Below, piece after piece: positions 28,231 through 36,445 of a stretch of DNA of 37,365 nt. The position numbers and the translations under genes were made by a program. Source of the stretch: a virus (Duplodnaviria > Caudoviricetes); the IMG/VR virus record IMGVR_UViG_3300025018_000064, positions 1 through 37,365 of that record, one strand, 5' to 3'. Each line of letters starts with the position of its first letter. Within the stretch, counting starts at the first letter, position 1. A model generated the notes under the pieces. It saw only the letters and a program-made list of their open reading frames with translations, was not told the origin of the DNA and did not search any database.

Positions 28231-28773
28231 ATGAGAATAAAAGGATTTGTTCTTGGATTAATGATACTCACTCTTGGTGGATGCTATGCTAACAAAGATA
28301 GCATTCACACAGAGTTTGCTAGCGCGTGTTGTATTAAGCCCTACCACGATTATATTTATAAAACCTGTAAGCAAATGAAATTCTCGATTAATAATCGTGA
28401 ATTTGTCATACCCGCAAATTTTGAAACTGACCTTGCAAGCATTCCAAAAATAGCATGGCCAATCATGGCCCCTGCTCATTCATCATTAATTCGAGCCGCG
28501 ATTGTTCATGACTGGTTTTATCGAAAAACCTGTGACTTTACGCGATATGAAACTGATTTGATTTTCTATCACATGCTAAAGAATGATGGCATATCCACGA
28601 TAAGAGCATCCATCATGTATTACGCAGTACGTTTATTCGGATGGAATTATTATCAGGAGGATTACTGTGCTAAAGAATTTAAAGGAATGGGTGAAGAAAT
28701 GCGAGGAGTGCGTCTTGCATCCTTATATCGATACAGCGGGGAAATTAACTATCGGATACGGCAGGAATCTTGA
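28231..28773 (+). CDS. DUF1353-like protein with lipoprotein signal
   Basis: IP..F.TDLASIP...AAIVHDW.Y...D.IF...MY.AVRLFG; lipobox LGGC. Confidence 0.8.
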   Translation: MRIKGFVLGLMILTLGGCYANKDSIHTEFASACCIKPYHDYIYKTCKQMKFSINNREFVIPANFETDLASIPKIAWPIMAPAHSSLIRAAIVHDWFYRKTCDFTRYETDLIFYHMLKNDGISTIRASIMYYAVRLFGWNYYQEDYCAKEFKGMGEEMRGVRLASLYRYSGEINYRIRQES

Positions 28774-29074
28774 TGATCGTGGCATTTCTCAAGCGGAAGC
28801 TGATTTCCTTTTTGATAATGATTTTGCTAACTGTCAACGAGAACTTTCCGATTGTGACTGGTATCGAGATCAGCCCGAAGGTGTACAGGCGGCCTTAATT
28901 AATATGTGCTTTAACCTTGGGCTTCCACGCCTGAAAGGATTTAAACGCATGATTGCCGCGCTAGAAGCCAAAAATTACACGCTGGCAGCGCTTGAAGCTT
29001 TGGATAGCAAGTGGGCGACCCAAGTCGGGCAACGCGCTAAGGATGTGGCAGTGATGCTCAGGGAGGGCAAATGA
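28667..29074 (+). CDS. Endolysin, GH24 lysozyme
   Basis: E-x8-D-x5-T triad then IGYGRNL; NMCFNLG, SKWATQVG.RA; AGGAGG RBS before GTG. Confidence 0.9.
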   Translation: MLKNLKEWVKKCEECVLHPYIDTAGKLTIGYGRNLDDRGISQAEADFLFDNDFANCQRELSDCDWYRDQPEGVQAALINMCFNLGLPRLKGFKRMIAALEAKNYTLAALEALDSKWATQVGQRAKDVAVMLREGK

Positions 29075-29190
29075 GGATTATTCTATGCTGGTTAGGATGG
29101 CACAAATGGACTGTCTCTAAGGCAACAGGGTTAAATCGGCATGTGTGCGCGGTCTGTGGCAAGACGGAATTTCGCTATGGCCAAGCCTGA
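29071..29190 (+). CDS. Small Cys/His peptide, 39 aa (not in ORF track)
   Basis: ATGA coupling, GGAGG RBS; LCWLGWHKW...CAVCGK. Confidence 0.55.
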   Translation: MRIILCWLGWHKWTVSKATGLNRHVCAVCGKTEFRYGQA

Positions 29191-29548
29191 GCAAATAGAT
29201 CATATCAATACGGTGAACTGGTTCAAATGGCAATATCCTGAGCTTGATGATGACTTTCACCATTTTGCCAACGAAAGGCGTTGCTCTCCACGTGAAGGTG
29301 CGATGTTAAAACGGATGGGAGTCAAACGTGGGGTTTATGACTTTTTTCTGGCCTTTCCCTTCAATAGCCATGCTGGGTTGTGGGTTGAGCTTAAAGTGGG
29401 CAAGAATAAGCCCACCAAAGAACAGGTTGAATTTGGCGAGCGTAAACGGCAACGTGGTTATGACGCTGTGGTCGTCTGGGGCTTTGATGCCGCACGGGAA
29501 GCCATCAACAACTACTTAACGGGGTACGTTAAGTCACGTTCCATGTAG
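29177..29548 (+). CDS. VRR-NUC domain nuclease
   Basis: HFANE..GVKRGV.D...ELKV......Q. Confidence 0.88.
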   Translation: MAKPEQIDHINTVNWFKWQYPELDDDFHHFANERRCSPREGAMLKRMGVKRGVYDFFLAFPFNSHAGLWVELKVGKNKPTKEQVEFGERKRQRGYDAVVVWGFDAAREAINNYLTGYVKSRSM

Positions 29549-29555
29549 AACAATC

Positions 29556-29635
29556 CATCATCCTATCTTGACATTTACATATCTTGACATCATTATATCA
29601 TGCAATCAAAATATTAAGGCATCATGATATGATAA
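29556..29635. repeat. 8-bp-period array upstream of parA (operator/centromere candidate)
   Basis: About ten in-phase degenerate units, e.g. TATCTTGA, CATCATTA, TATCATGC, CATCATGA. Confidence 0.7.
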
Positions 29636-30261
29636 TTTCTATTTTAAATCAAAAAGGTGGTACGGGTAAAACCACGCTTGCAGTCAATATTGCAAGAGAG
29701 TATACCAAGCGCACAATGAAAACACTGCTCGTTGATTCGGATAGCCAAGGGTCGGCTTTGCGGTGGCATGAGGAATCCGGCGGTGAATTGATAGATTTAA
29801 CCTGTTTGCCTGTCACTACCCTTGACAAGGATGTCATCAAATTCAAAGACCGTTATGAGCGCATTATCATTGACGGTATCCCAAGGGTGTCACCCTTGAC
29901 TGTGTGCGCTATCAAGGCGGCTGATGTTGTTTTAATCCCCGTGCAGCCGTCACCCTATGATGTGTGGGCGACTGAGGACTTGGTGAGGCTCATCAAGGAA
30001 CGTATCGAAATCACGGAAGGCAAGCTTAAGGCAGCTTTTGTGATATGCAGACGGATAGCTGGCACGATATTAGGCCGTGAGATTAATCACCAACTTTTTG
30101 ATTCCGGATTGCCTGTCTTTGCGCATGGCACGTTCCAGCGACAGGAATACGCCAAATCCGTACAGGAAGGCCGAACCGTTTGTGAAGAAATGACAGAGGC
30201 CACCAAAGAAATTGTGGCTATCGTTAATGAACTTGAGGATTTTTATCATGGCCAAAATTGA
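29629..30261 (+). CDS. parA: Type Ib partition ATPase (ParA/ParF-like)
   Basis: [32 protein letters not shown]; 210 aa, no N-terminal HTH. Confidence 0.93.
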   Translation: MIISILNQKGGTGKTTLAVNIAREYTKRTMKTLLVDSDSQGSALRWHEESGGELIDLTCLPVTTLDKDVIKFKDRYERIIIDGIPRVSPLTVCAIKAADVVLIPVQPSPYDVWATEDLVRLIKERIEITEGKLKAAFVICRRIAGTILGREINHQLFDSGLPVFAHGTFQRQEYAKSVQEGRTVCEEMTEATKEIVAIVNELEDFYHGQN

Positions 30262-30448
30262 ATCAGGTGTTGAATTTGACAAAAATGCTAATCATGAGAA
30301 ACTAGCCCGACTTGCGGCTGATACTCAGCAATATACGTTGCGCATTCCTAAGCATCTTTATAAACAGGTGAAGATGAAACTCGTGAAGGAAAACCAAAAG
30401 CTGCGTCCTGTTTTGATTAGAATGTTAATGGAATACATTAAGACATAA
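30248..30448 (+). CDS. ParG-like centromere-binding protein (probable ribbon-helix-helix)
   Basis: 66 aa overlapping parA end; YTLRIP..L...VK strand-helix-helix pattern; GAGG RBS. Confidence 0.7.
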   Translation: MAKIESGVEFDKNANHEKLARLAADTQQYTLRIPKHLYKQVKMKLVKENQKLRPVLIRMLMEYIKT

Positions 30449-30500
30449 TGATATAAAGTCATCATGATATGTTGACATCTTCATATCATGATGTTAAAGT
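30444..30500 (+). promoter_or_regulatory. Second 8-bp-period array overlapping a sigma70 promoter
   Basis: CATAATGA TATAAAGT CATCATGA TATGTTGA CATCTTCA TATCATGA; TTGACA (30472)-17 bp-TAAAGT (30495). Confidence 0.7.
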
Positions 30501-30508
30501 TTTACTCG

Positions 30509-30658
30509 AAGTATCACTTGAGAGGGGAACCCTCTGGCGCTCATCATCGCTGGATGACTCTACACTCAGCATAGCACTCCTTGGCGGTTTCCGAGGGTTG
30601 AGATGGAAAAATGTGTAGGAGGCTGGTTGATTACCAGCTCTCCGTTCAAGTGATATTT
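30509..30658 (+). ncRNA. Structured RNA domain 1
   Basis: 13-bp closing stem AAGTATCACTTGA/TCAAGTGATATTT enclosing four helices; starts just after the promoter. Confidence 0.6.
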
Positions 30659-30660
30659 AT

Positions 30661-30784
30661 GGCGCAGGAGGCTCACAACGTGAGCGACTGTCGTAGGGAC
30701 TTGATGGGAAAAAACCCAGATGAGAGATGACGGTCACGAACTTCCCTATTTCGCGGAGAGTGAAACTCTCTCCCTGCGCCACCA
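30661..30784 (+). ncRNA. tRNA-like RNA 1 (124 nt)
   Basis: Acceptor-like stem GGCGCAG/CTGCGCC + ACCA; arms GCTCAC/GTGAGC, GACTGTCGT/ATGACGGTC, GAGAG-TGAAA-CTCTC; no canonical anticodon arm or TTC loop. Confidence 0.7.
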
Positions 30785-30790
30785 GTTAAT

Positions 30791-30889
30791 GGGGTAGAGG
30801 CTCAACAAACCTAGTCGTTCCTAATCTATTGGGACAGGCGCACGAGGTTATCGATTGAGAGATAACGCGATGTAGGAGCTACCCCACCA
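30791..30889 (+). ncRNA. tRNA-like RNA 2 (99 nt)
   Basis: GGGGTAG/CTACCCC + ACCA; internal CCTA/TAGG, TCCTAA/TTGGGA, GTTATC/GATAAC. Confidence 0.65.
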
Positions 30890-30904
30890 ATTAAGGAAAA
30901 GAAA

Positions 30905-31099
30905 ATGAAGTGGAACAAAGAAAGGCAAGACTTTTTAATATCAGTTTTAACAGTGCAAATGCTGTTTTTGATTTGTAAGTTTTTTGGAATATTTACGTTA
31001 TCGTGGTTTTGGATACTGTCACCATTTTGGTTCTCTCTCTTTTTGATAACAATTTTAAAAGTTTGGTTTGAAATTTTTATTATGGGTAGAGGTTGGTAA
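30905..31099 (+). CDS. Small membrane protein similar to 2665-2856
   Basis: CKFFGIFTLSWFWILSPFW; AAGGA RBS. Confidence 0.7.
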   Translation: MKWNKERQDFLISVLTVQMLFLICKFFGIFTLSWFWILSPFWFSLFLITILKVWFEIFIMGRGW

Positions 31100-31411
31100 A
31101 TGAATAAGTTAATGGTGAGGATGACTCTTGCCGATATTTTGTTAATGGAAGCATTAATTTCGCAATACATGCGAGAAAAGAATATCAAAGATATTAATAA
31201 AGTTGACGAAAAAGTCATCCAAGAGCGCTACGATGAAATTATAAAATTAGAAACGTGGAAAAATCCCTCAGACGAACCAAGCATCAAATGCCCACAATGC
31301 AGAATGGTCAGTTACAACGAAAATGACATCAAGCATAAATTCTGCGGGAACTGCCATGAATGGCATGAGGATATGAAGCTTAAGGATAACTCTAGTGAGC
31401 AAATGGATTAG
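31100..31411 (+). CDS. Protein with C-terminal zinc ribbon
   Basis: CPQC..SYN.ND....CGNCH. Confidence 0.7.
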   Translation: MNKLMVRMTLADILLMEALISQYMREKNIKDINKVDEKVIQERYDEIIKLETWKNPSDEPSIKCPQCRMVSYNENDIKHKFCGNCHEWHEDMKLKDNSSEQMD

Positions 31412-31685
31412 TGTGGAAGATGAATTACCATCGGAAATAGATGATGTATTGCTTTTATGTAAAAGTAAAGATGAGAGATATACTTCTATCCTTGTCGGAA
31501 GAAGATCGCCAGAGATGCACCCAAAAGTTTATGGTGAATGTCCATGGTCAGTAAAAATATTTGCTATGGATGCTTATCTCTGCATGGAAGCTAATAGGAT
31601 TTACAATCCGCATGATAGAAATCATTTCTTTTTTGGAGAAGTAACCCATTGGATGCCTTTACCCCCTTTACCTAATAATATTTGA
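31395..31685 (+). CDS. DUF551-like protein
   Basis: WISVEDELP ... VTHWMPLPPLP. Confidence 0.85.
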   Translation: MSKWISVEDELPSEIDDVLLLCKSKDERYTSILVGRRSPEMHPKVYGECPWSVKIFAMDAYLCMEANRIYNPHDRNHFFFGEVTHWMPLPPLPNNI

Positions 31686-31725
31686 TATAATATCTTGTGG
31701 TGCCTTCTTACTATAGGGGGTTGAT

Positions 31726-31923
31726 ATGCCATTACATAAAAAGAAGAAAAAACACACATCTGTCGCTAAGAATGCAAACTCTATGTTTAATGAACCAAAA
31801 ACAGAAAATAAAACGCCAGGTTGCACGCAAAACGTCAATGTCGAGGTTAATATCGACCAGAAAGATGATTGCTTGACGGGGTGTTTTCAGGCTTTGATTG
31901 GGGCGTTTAAAAAGGGTGCTTAA
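31726..31923 (+). CDS. Small moron-like protein
   Basis: Extended -10 TGATATAAT at 31683-31691; AGGGGG RBS; poly-Lys N-terminus. Confidence 0.65.
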   Translation: MPLHKKKKKHTSVAKNANSMFNEPKTENKTPGCTQNVNVEVNIDQKDDCLTGCFQALIGAFKKGA

Positions 31924-31925
31924 GA

Positions 31926-32176
31926 TGGCGAATCCAGGGGAGTTTAAACCCCTGGAATCTCATAGTCTAACTACCCCAAAAGTAGGTTTACCGTCCTCTG
32001 CTTTCGCTTTGGAATGCTTGTCTCTCCAAGCTGTCAAGCCTCTGGTTTCCCAAGTTTATGTCTGCATGAGTTCCGGCTTTCTACTACCAGTATTTAGGTG
32101 ACACTTCCATCAAGCCAACACGTGATTCGGCTTGCCATCGTCCTCAAGTTTTTAGGATGAGTCCACGTGATCGAAG
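31926..32176 (-). ncRNA. Candidate ~250-nt structured ncRNA
   Basis: Minus promoter TTGCGC-17 bp-TATATT (32210-32182); many hairpins, two GAAA tetraloops; G-U pairs form only on the minus strand. Confidence 0.6.
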
Positions 32177-32193
32177 CGTATAATATATACAAA

Positions 32194-33930
32194 TTAATCC
32201 AGATGCGCAAAATGTTTTTTGACCACTTTCAGACTTTGGTTTTTTTCTACACACTCAATTTTTGTGGGTGAATAGAGCCAATTTTGCTGAATAACATCTT
32301 TCAAAAACTCCATGTCCTCTAGGTCATAACACAAATTTTGTTTATGGGTTGGGTCATAATTTTTAAAATGCTTTTTGACGATAGTATGGTAGAAAAAGTT
32401 CCGTGATTTTTCGCTCTGTAATGAAAAATTCTCTTGAATTTTTTTCTTTGAAATATGACCAAATTCACCCCTAGTGGTATACCTTATGATGAAGTAGGGA
32501 TAACCATTAGACATAGAGAGTAAATATTCTGTTTCATGCACATCAAAAATGAATCTTTCTTGTTTAAGCGCTTTGTCTTTTAATTTACGGTTGGGGTCCA
32601 GTAGTTCGCCCTGGCATGACCGGCATTGGCGTGAAACAATATCGTTTTTTGTTCCACAGTAAAGGCAATCTTTCCACTCAAACCAATGGTCACAGCGTTT
32701 ATCATTCTTGCTGCCAATGCAACGCCTTGCCATAAGGGTATTTAACGCATTGCAGTTAAAACATTGAATACAATAATCAGGGTCATTGTCTTTAGGTTTA
32801 AGTGCTTTATTGATGACAGGGTTATCAATGTCGCCATGCCGATCAAGATTACCAGCATAATCCAGAATGAGACAGTCAGTTTTCCCGTCTGCTAGACGTA
32901 GACCACGCCCAAGGCATTGCATGTATAAAACAAGCGATTCAGTAGGGCGCACGAAAACCACTGTATCAAAAGTAGGTACGTCTACGCCTGTGCAAAGTAC
33001 ATTGACATTCACTAAATATTTAATCGTTCCGGCACGGGCTTTTGTGATGTATTCCTCGCGCAGTTTATCAGGTGTATCACCCGTGATGACGGCTGTTTCA
33101 TCAGGTGGCAACCATTCTGCACATTCCTGGCAATGCTTAACGCTGGACGCAAAAATAAAGGCTCCTTTGCGGTTTTTTACCACGGCTGCGACTTCTTGCA
33201 TAATCTGACCCGTAAGACGTGGTTTTTTATGGATGGCTTGATCTAATTCGCCCGCATTAAACTTACCCATAGAATTTACTTTAAGTTGCTGAAAATCATA
33301 TTGCAGCGACTTTTCGCACACGCCCCATACAGGCGGCGTTAAATAGGAATTTTCAATCAACCATTCAGCGGTGATAGCGCACACTTCTTCTTTAAAAAAC
33401 AAATCATCGCCAACGATGGTGTAACCTTTACCGCGATAGGGAGTGCCGGTTAAACCAACAAAACGAAGCTTATGACCCAGCAATTGCGATTGGTGTGAAT
33501 AATGATTGAATATTCGCATGTAAGTGGTGCTTCGATCGTTAAAGTTAATATTGTGGCATTCATCCACTACAATTAGGTTAAACGGTATCTTGGAAAGCTT
33601 GCCTGATTTTTTAATGCTCCCACGCACAGACATAGGCGATGCAAAAATGACTGGCTGAGTGAAATCTTTAACGCCTAATGCAGCACAATAAATCCCCGCA
33701 TGACCACCTTGGGCAATGTAGGTTTCTGCGTTTTGACGAATGAGAGTGCTATTCATGGTTAAGCATAATGCTCGCCATCCAGCGCGTTCTATTAAGAGCA
33801 ACAATTCTGCGATAATAAGCGACTTGCCAGCACCTACGCTTGCATTCACCAATAAAGGATAGTCCGTTTCTTTTAGCTTTACCCTTAATGTATCTAGCAC
33901 TTCCTGTTGATAGGGCCGCAGTTGTTTCAT
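32194..33930 (-). CDS. SF2 DExH helicase (RadD/YejH-like) with zinc fingers
   Basis: LRPYQ, GAGKS, DECH, TGT, TGVDVP, QCLGRGLR; CxxC pairs. Confidence 0.92.
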   Translation of the reverse strand: MKQLRPYQQEVLDTLRVKLKETDYPLLVNASVGAGKSLIIAELLLLIERAGWRALCLTMNSTLIRQNAETYIAQGGHAGIYCAALGVKDFTQPVIFASPMSVRGSIKKSGKLSKIPFNLIVVDECHNINFNDRSTTYMRIFNHYSHQSQLLGHKLRFVGLTGTPYRGKGYTIVGDDLFFKEEVCAITAEWLIENSYLTPPVWGVCEKSLQYDFQQLKVNSMGKFNAGELDQAIHKKPRLTGQIMQEVAAVVKNRKGAFIFASSVKHCQECAEWLPPDETAVITGDTPDKLREEYITKARAGTIKYLVNVNVLCTGVDVPTFDTVVFVRPTESLVLYMQCLGRGLRLADGKTDCLILDYAGNLDRHGDIDNPVINKALKPKDNDPDYCIQCFNCNALNTLMARRCIGSKNDKRCDHWFEWKDCLYCGTKNDIVSRQCRSCQGELLDPNRKLKDKALKQERFIFDVHETEYLLSMSNGYPYFIIRYTTRGEFGHISKKKIQENFSLQSEKSRNFFYHTIVKKHFKNYDPTHKQNLCYDLEDMEFLKDVIQQNWLYSPTKIECVEKNQSLKVVKKHFAHLD

Positions 33931-34193
33931 TGAAGTTTTGATTCCTTATAGTGAATCATAGCTATCGTGAATTGTTTATGCCGAATATCTTTTAAATCGT
34001 CAACGTCAAGTTGACTTACATTAAATTTTATCAAATTCATTTCTTCATTAAACTCGGAAACTTCACCGCATTTAATACACAATGTTATATCGCCCTTACT
34101 AGGCAATACTGTTTCATCAAATTCATTTATTGCGCTATCAACCTTATGCAAACAATAAGGACATTCGCATTTTTTAACAAAATTTTTATTCAT
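33927..34193 (-). CDS. Zinc-ribbon protein
   Basis: CPYC...CIKC; ATGA coupling to helicase. Confidence 0.7.
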   Translation of the reverse strand: MNKNFVKKCECPYCLHKVDSAINEFDETVLPSKGDITLCIKCGEVSEFNEEMNLIKFNVSQLDVDDLKDIRHKQFTIAMIHYKESKLQ

Positions 34194-34202
34194 GTATTTT
34201 TC

Positions 34203-34397
34203 TCATGGTAAAGGTGGTAATGGTTTGTTTTCATATACGACAGCTTGTAATGCGTCAAAGAACCATTTAATTTTTTCATCATCGTCGTGATAAACTTCTA
34301 ATTCTCGATAGCTCATGACAAGTGAGCTTGCATATCCCAATAAAAGCAATATGCGAAAATTTGCATCGATTAGATTTTGTATTTGACTTTCGTTCAT
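34203..34397 (-). CDS. Hypothetical protein
   Basis: AGGTG RBS; tightly packed operon. Confidence 0.65.
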   Translation of the reverse strand: MNESQIQNLIDANFRILLLLGYASSLVMSYRELEVYHDDDEKIKWFFDALQAVVYENKPLPPLP

Positions 34398-34404
34398 ATA
34401 TCAC

Positions 34405-34695
34405 CTAATTATGTTTTGACCTATTCCACTTAAGGATTTCGTTTGAATTCATATCAATGTAGTTTTCTGTACATATGCCAAACTCAGGGTTTCCTTTTGC
34501 TAAACTCTGTATCATAAACTGCACCTCTTTTTTCATTGCATCTATTGCAGTTTGTTTATCGGGATAAGTGTCATGTGACCGGAATGCTTCACATATATCA
34601 CCACCGCCTAAAATGCTTACGTAAATTTCATAAATAAAACCACCTTCTACTTCTATTGCATTACCTCGGAATCGTGGTATAAAATCCGTACTCAT
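34405..34695 (-). CDS. Hypothetical protein
   Basis: ATGA coupling; GAGG RBS. Confidence 0.7.
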   Translation of the reverse strand: MSTDFIPRFRGNAIEVEGGFIYEIYVSILGGGDICEAFRSHDTYPDKQTAIDAMKKEVQFMIQSLAKGNPEFGICTENYIDMNSNEILKWNRSKHN

Positions 34696-35090
34696 AATTC
34701 ATCCTCTTTACATCCATCTAAAACCCATTGAATTGCTTTTTGATGACCTTCTTCGGCTTCTTGCCATGTGGTATAACGTTCGCAATAAATGTCACTTCCT
34801 TCTTTGAATATCATGGTTTCAAAAACAAGAGGAGGGCCACCCCAATAATTATGATCTGTGCCAAGCCAGACAGTAGAAACTCGACAATCATTAAAATTAT
34901 CATCAGCAACCTGCCTATCCATGGTTTGTAATTGTTTTCCCCATTCCATCAAAGAGCATTTTCGATAAGTATGGTCTGGATTTAAAAAATAATGGTCTGA
35001 CATAGTTTTCCCGTTACATCTTGGACGAATTAATATAAGTTTTTTTATATGTACAAGTTTTTCGGCAATCATTTGTTGGTAAGGTTTCAT
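34692..35090 (-). CDS. Hypothetical phage protein (start may be 35003)
   Basis: VSTVWLG.DH....PP..FETMIF...RY.T..EA..GH motif. Confidence 0.7.
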   Translation of the reverse strand: MKPYQQMIAEKLVHIKKLILIRPRCNGKTMSDHYFLNPDHTYRKCSLMEWGKQLQTMDRQVADDNFNDCRVSTVWLGTDHNYWGGPPLVFETMIFKEGSDIYCERYTTWQEAEEGHQKAIQWVLDGCKEDEL

Positions 35091-35202
35091 CTTTTGTTTG
35101 CGCCAAGATTAACATGAATAAATAAGTCCATTTTGACCAACCACACCAACCAACCAAATAGGTCGTTCCGGTGATTAAAAACATATAATATAAATATTTC
35201 AT
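35014..35202 (-). CDS. Possible small membrane protein
   Basis: ATGA coupling; hydrophobic N-half; overlaps next ORF if that starts at 35090. Confidence 0.45.
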   Translation of the reverse strand: MKYLYYMFLITGTTYLVGWCGWSKWTYLFMLILAQTKDETLPTNDCRKTCTYKKTYINSSKM

Positions 35203-35534
35203 CTGAAATTCACCGGACGCATACTTCCCAGATTGCGCTTAATGCCATCCAAAACTTTTTGGTAAGCATCAGTGACAATGTGCATAATTTCAGTGGCATT
35301 TACTTCGTGATGACCAGATTGTAAATAAGCATCAATATTTTTAATTGCCAAATTCACCATGTTAAACAGTGAAATTTCCATGAAGTCATGAATGCCGCCA
35401 CGTTTGGCATGATCGAATTTAGCCAAAAAATCCTTGAGAAATTGGTGTGCATCCAATATTTGTTGTTCCGGTGGTAGCAAGCTATTGGCTTGTGGTTTGG
35501 TTAATTCATTCATGATTAAATTCCTTACCATCAT
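35199..35534 (-). CDS. Hypothetical protein
   Basis: Operon packing; true start probably slightly downstream (after AAGGA). Confidence 0.65.
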   Translation of the reverse strand: MMVRNLIMNELTKPQANSLLPPEQQILDAHQFLKDFLAKFDHAKRGGIHDFMEISLFNMVNLAIKNIDAYLQSGHHEVNATEIMHIVTDAYQKVLDGIKRNLGSMRPVNFR

Positions 35535-35763
35535 ATTTGTATTCGATACGTAACCACCTATCGATAATAATTTTGTTTCCTATTCTTATTGAATAGCGCA
35601 AAGGTTCGTGACGATAAAAGCATAATTCCAATTCGTCCTTTGAATAACCTTCTTTATTGATTAAATTTAAACAATCATTTTCGATAGTTTTATTAATTTG
35701 TTGCGCGACATCATTCGCAAAACTAGCTATTTGCTTATGAATAGAAATTTTTACTTCATTCAT
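35506..35763 (-). CDS. Hypothetical protein
   Basis: AAGGA RBS. Confidence 0.6.
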   Translation of the reverse strand: MNEVKISIHKQIASFANDVAQQINKTIENDCLNLINKEGYSKDELELCFYRHEPLRYSIRIGNKIIIDRWLRIEYKYDGKEFNHE

Positions 35764-35765
35764 GA

Positions 35766-35957
35766 CTATTTGTCCTTTAAAATTGCTTCCAATATTTGCC
35801 TACACCGATTTACCGCCATAACATAAATATTGGCATAATCACTATATTGAGGCTTATCTTTGGCGCTCTTGATACTTGCATCTATTTCAAATTCAGTAAG
35901 GGTGTTGAATGCCTCTAAAATAACTTTTTTATACTCTGTCATACGCCACGTTTCCAT
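35766..35957 (-). CDS. Hypothetical protein
   Basis: Operon packing. Confidence 0.55.
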   Translation of the reverse strand: METWRMTEYKKVILEAFNTLTEFEIDASIKSAKDKPQYSDYANIYVMAVNRCRQILEAILKDK

Positions 35958-36445
35958 TCATCAAGTTGCCATTCTGCTTCGTTTTGTGTAGCAAAAATTT
36001 TACTTTCATCCACATAACCAAAAACATCACTAAGGCTATACCGTGGATATTTATCGATAATATCAACACCATTCACAATATGATAAGTTATTCTGTTGTT
36101 GTGTTCGTCTGCATAATAAACTTCATCGCCAGCTTTAAATTTAAAGCTTTTCATTAACTCAAAATATTTCTTATCCGTTGGTGGAAGTGTTTTGGCAATA
36201 GGATTTAGAGTTCTCTTTAAGTGAGGGTTTTTGACAGCAACATCACTTCCCACTCTGGTTAAGTAATCATAAACCATTTGGATATTTCCTTGCCTATCGG
36301 ATAATGCTTTCAACTCACTTTTTAACTGCATGTACAAGTTTTTGTATTGGCTTGCTACCGCTTCACAATATTGAACTCGCTTTTCTAAATCTTTGATTCG
36401 AGAATCGCGCTCGTCAGGCGCGACTTTTTCTATTTCGTTGCTCAC
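35939..36445 (-). CDS. Hypothetical protein (coiled coil plus small beta domain)
   Basis: GAGGAG RBS; KFKAGDEVYY...ESKIFAT..EA C-terminal domain. Confidence 0.7.
   Translation of the reverse strand: MSNEIEKVAPDERDSRIKDLEKRVQYCEAVASQYKNLYMQLKSELKALSDRQGNIQMVYDYLTRVGSDVAVKNPHLKRTLNPIAKTLPPTDKKYFELMKSFKFKAGDEVYYADEHNNRITYHIVNGVDIIDKYPRYSLSDVFGYVDESKIFATQNEAEWQLDEWKRGV

Noticed and set aside
29556-30500. CRISPR array
   Set aside because: Short degenerate tandem units with no unique spacers; no repeat-spacer array seen anywhere in the window
30661-30889. Canonical tRNA genes or tmRNA
   Set aside because: No 7-nt anticodon loop on a 5-bp stem, no GTTC T-loop, no D-loop GG; too short and no tag ORF for tmRNA
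30826-31218. 130-aa minus-strand ORF
   Set aside because: Shadow of two plus-strand genes with good RBSs
31898-32101. 67-aa plus-strand ORF
   Set aside because: No convincing RBS, overlaps the upstream gene, and lies antisense to the structured RNA
31926-32176. Retron msr/msd, group I/II intron, or RsmY/Z-type sponge
   Set aside because: No reverse transcriptase in the genome, no interrupted gene, and only one clear ANGGA among the GGA motifs
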